A stretch of 64,000 nt of DNA from Candidatus Dormiibacterota bacterium (GTDB taxonomy: Bacteria; Chloroflexota; Dormibacteria; Aeolococcales; Aeolococcaceae), in contig DAHXLU010000097.1 of assembly GCA_027365835.1 (NCBI GenBank), forward strand, positions 3,096 through 67,095. Reading direction: 5' to 3'. A model generated the notes under the pieces. It made no database searches. It was not told the DNA's origin and saw only the letters and a program-made list of their open reading frames with translations. The position numbers and the translations under genes are program-made. Shown piece by piece: positions 62,134 through 64,000 of the stretch (the stretch's first letter is position 1; each line of letters opens with the position of its first letter).

Positions 62134-62457
62134 CTATGAAGATACTTCGGGGTACTCCTGCCGCATATCCTGCGCATCCTTGACAATCCGCTGCAGTTCT
62201 GAATCTGGCGATCCCATGTACCTGGCGATGACCCTGTCAAATAGCCGGGCTGCCTCTTGTGCACGATTGGTGCGGAAGAGGGATATGCCAGCGTATACAG
62301 TAGCTGTCGCTACGTGCCTCGCGACAGCCGCGTCGCCTGATTCCCCAAAGCCGGTCCACATCTGATCAGCCAGGCTGACTGCGCGGTCAACGTCGCCATC
62401 CTTTCGGGCCAGTAGTAACTGAGCGAGTGCCAGCTGCGCCTCTGTTTCCTCCTTCAT
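62134..62457 (-). CDS. hypothetical all-helical (TPR-like) protein
   Basis: 107 aa from the ATG at 62457, with GGAGG 7 nt upstream. Confidence 0.55.
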   Translation of the reverse strand: MKEETEAQLALAQLLLARKDGDVDRAVSLADQMWTGFGESGDAAVARHVATATVYAGISLFRTNRAQEAARLFDRVIARYMGSPDSELQRIVKDAQDMRQEYPEVSS

Positions 62458-62570
62458 GGCTGGTCCTCCGTTTACCTCTACAACGCAGGGCCGGTCCACT
62501 CTGGTAGTCAGCGAGCATGACGCCGCGTCCATCCTGGGCTGCCCGGGCACAGGGAGGCATTGCGCGGCAT

Positions 62571-63278
62571 CTAAAGCTCCATGCCTCCAAGGGCACTCTT
62601 CTGCGCCGGTGGTGTTGTTGGATGGTTGATTTCGAAAGCCTTCTTTCCCATGTCTCCTACCTGTCCGAGAACCGCACCTGCAACCTGCTTGGCGTCCTTT
62701 TCGCTCGCTGTTATGGGGACAGTCCCAATGGGATCATTCCGGCTCAGCGCGGCGTCTACTTTCACTACCACCTCATCATCGCGAACTTCAGCTCCGCCGG
62801 TAAACATCCCTTCCCGGGCAAAGACAGGTTTGGCCAGTTCCTGCAGCTGTCCTGCCAGGGCAGCAGTTTTCTGGTCACCCCCCTGCTGCATAATCCAGGC
62901 CTGTCGCTCTTGCGGAGACATCTTCATCGCGGCAGCAGCAGTGGCCAGTTTCAGGAAATCACGGGGGGAGGAGGGAACGATCCTGCCCTGCTGGTCCAGC
63001 TCCATGCCAGGGGTCGCCAGGGTCTCTTTCACCAGCAGGGTGGCCGCAGCCCGCTGTGAGGGCAGTTTCAGCATTGTGTCCAGTGCCCGGGCACGTTCAT
63101 CCGGCGGGAGGGCGAGCACCTTTGCAGCTGCCTCCTGAACCTCCCTCGACTGCTGGGTTTGCCGAAGAGCCGCATCGGTGGATCTTCGGGTACGCGGTAC
63201 CCTTGTGGCAGGGGCCCGTCGCGCCGCCAGCTGCTGGGCAGAAGGCTGCTGCTCTGGGTCAGTTGGATCGCTCGCCAT
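62571..63278 (-). CDS. hypothetical protein
   Basis: 235 aa from the ATG at 63278. The N-terminus is Arg/Gln-rich. I recognise no family. Confidence 0.55.
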   Translation of the reverse strand: MASDPTDPEQQPSAQQLAARRAPATRVPRTRRSTDAALRQTQQSREVQEAAAKVLALPPDERARALDTMLKLPSQRAAATLLVKETLATPGMELDQQGRIVPSSPRDFLKLATAAAAMKMSPQERQAWIMQQGGDQKTAALAGQLQELAKPVFAREGMFTGGAEVRDDEVVVKVDAALSRNDPIGTVPITASEKDAKQVAGAVLGQVGDMGKKAFEINHPTTPPAQKSALGGMEL

Positions 63279-63284
63279 GCCTAA

Positions 63285-63290
63285 ACAGTA
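63285..63290 (-). promoter_or_regulatory. candidate -10 box (TACTGT) for a leaderless ATG at 63278
   Basis: On the minus strand TACTGT is followed by 6 nt (ttaggc) and the ATG. Confidence 0.35.
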
Positions 63291-63484
63291 GCGCCCATCC
63301 GGTGCTCCGGCAAGCACGTGGCGGTTACGAGGTCCGCGATACGGGGCTGTCTGGATGTGGCGATTGCGCATCTTCCTTCGGGGGCTGCCGGAGACGGTAT
63401 GGGAAGCCAGCTCTACTCTCTGTGGGTTCTACTGCACTGTTACGCTTTTGCCTGCCGCATCGGAACAGGTCAGTCCCACCAGTC

Positions 63485-63490
63485 TATGAT
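63485..63490 (+). promoter_or_regulatory. candidate -10 box (TATGAT) for a leaderless ATG at 63497
   Basis: TATGAT is followed by 6 nt (caggag) and the ATG, which is in frame with glpX. Confidence 0.35.
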
Positions 63491-63496
63491 CAGGAG

Positions 63497-64000
63497 ATGG
63501 CGACACCATCCTCCCCCCGGTCGTCCCGGTCCAGGCAGCGGCTCTCCCCAGCGGTACTGGCAGCAAGTCTTCGGGCTGCCAGACTGGCTGCCGAATCGAT
63601 GGCAGCCCCCACCGACCGCAACCTCGCCCTCGAGCTGGTGCGTGTTACGGAAGGCGCTGCCCTGGCCGCTGCCCGCCTGATGGGACGGGATCGCAAGGAA
63701 GAGGCCGACGAAGCAGCAGTTACTGCGATGCGCAGCCGCCTTGCATATGTCGACATGGATGGGATAGTGGTTATTGGAGAGGGGGAGAAAGACAAGGCCC
63801 CGATGCTTTTCATAGGGGAAGCCGTAGGCAATGGGAATGAACCCAGGGTCGATGTCGCAGTCGACCCCATAGACGGGACCAGACTGGTTGCACGTGGGCT
63901 TCCAGGCGGGATTGCGACCGTAGCGCTCGCAGAACGCGGGAGCCTGTTTCATACCCATGTCCCCTATATGGAAAAGCTGATTGTTGGACCTGCGGTGGCC
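63497..64000 (+). CDS. glpX: class II fructose-1,6-bisphosphatase GlpX (3' end lies outside the window)
   Basis: The sequence reads RNLALELVRVTEGAALAAARLMGR...VVIGEGEKDKAPMLFIGE...VDVAVDPIDGT...YMEKLIVGP. The frame runs off the window end, so it is absent from the ORF track. The conserved core begins at ATG 63599, and 63497 would add 34 aa. Confidence 0.85.
   Translation, partial: MATPSSPRSSRSRQRLSPAVLAASLRAARLAAESMAAPTDRNLALELVRVTEGAALAAARLMGRDRKEEADEAAVTAMRSRLAYVDMDGIVVIGEGEKDKAPMLFIGEAVGNGNEPRVDVAVDPIDGTRLVARGLPGGIATVALAERGSLFHTHVPYMEKLIVGPAVA

Noticed and set aside
1-64000. I searched by eye for tRNA (T-loop GGTTCGAATCC-like strings), rRNA, tmRNA, SRP RNA and CRISPR repeats.
   Set aside because: No convincing candidates were seen. 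A proper tRNAscan/Infernal run is still needed to exclude small RNAs.

Overview
This 64 kb window is the replication-origin neighbourhood of a high-GC bacterial chromosome. Gene content looks Terrabacteria-like (Chloroflexota or Actinomycetota style), but I cannot assign taxonomy from sequence alone. The core layout is rpmH-rnpA-yidD-yidC-jag-ndk on the plus strand, divergent from dnaA-dnaN-(glycosyltransferase)-recF-DUF721 on the minus strand. Further features are lepB, an Fe/Mn-SOD-like gene, parB-parA with a perfect parS, and a DosR-like two-component module. There is also a complete suf operon (Rrf2 regulator-sufC-sufB-sufD-Rieske-sufS-sufU-sufT), a second cysteine desulfurase, hutH, an MFS-MerR pair and the start of glpX. 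I support about 65 CDS and found no rRNA, tRNA or CRISPR array. Three decayed accessory remnants are visible: a MazF-like toxin without a start codon, a frameshifted and truncated serine-recombinase fragment, and an Xis-type HTH antitoxin with an in-frame TAG. A window-wide signal is that about 15 first-in-operon genes carry a TAnnnT hexamer exactly 6-7 nt upstream of the start codon with no Shine-Dalgarno, which implies leaderless mRNAs. I used this signal to choose several starts. I found no clear-cut novel multi-gene system. The best candidates are listed here. (1) A soluble PRC-MgtE_N-CBS protein is translationally coupled to an NRAMP-related transporter with a non-canonical metal site. 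(2) A membrane-anchored protein made of about 13.6 tandem 40-residue two-cysteine repeats sits directly upstream of the suf regulon. (3) A Zn-ribbon SF1 helicase with poly-Arg tails is co-transcribed with a degenerate glutaredoxin-PDZ protein. (4) DnaA-box clusters occur at three separate loci, one of them abutting parS. All functional calls come from motif recognition by eye; no searches were run.
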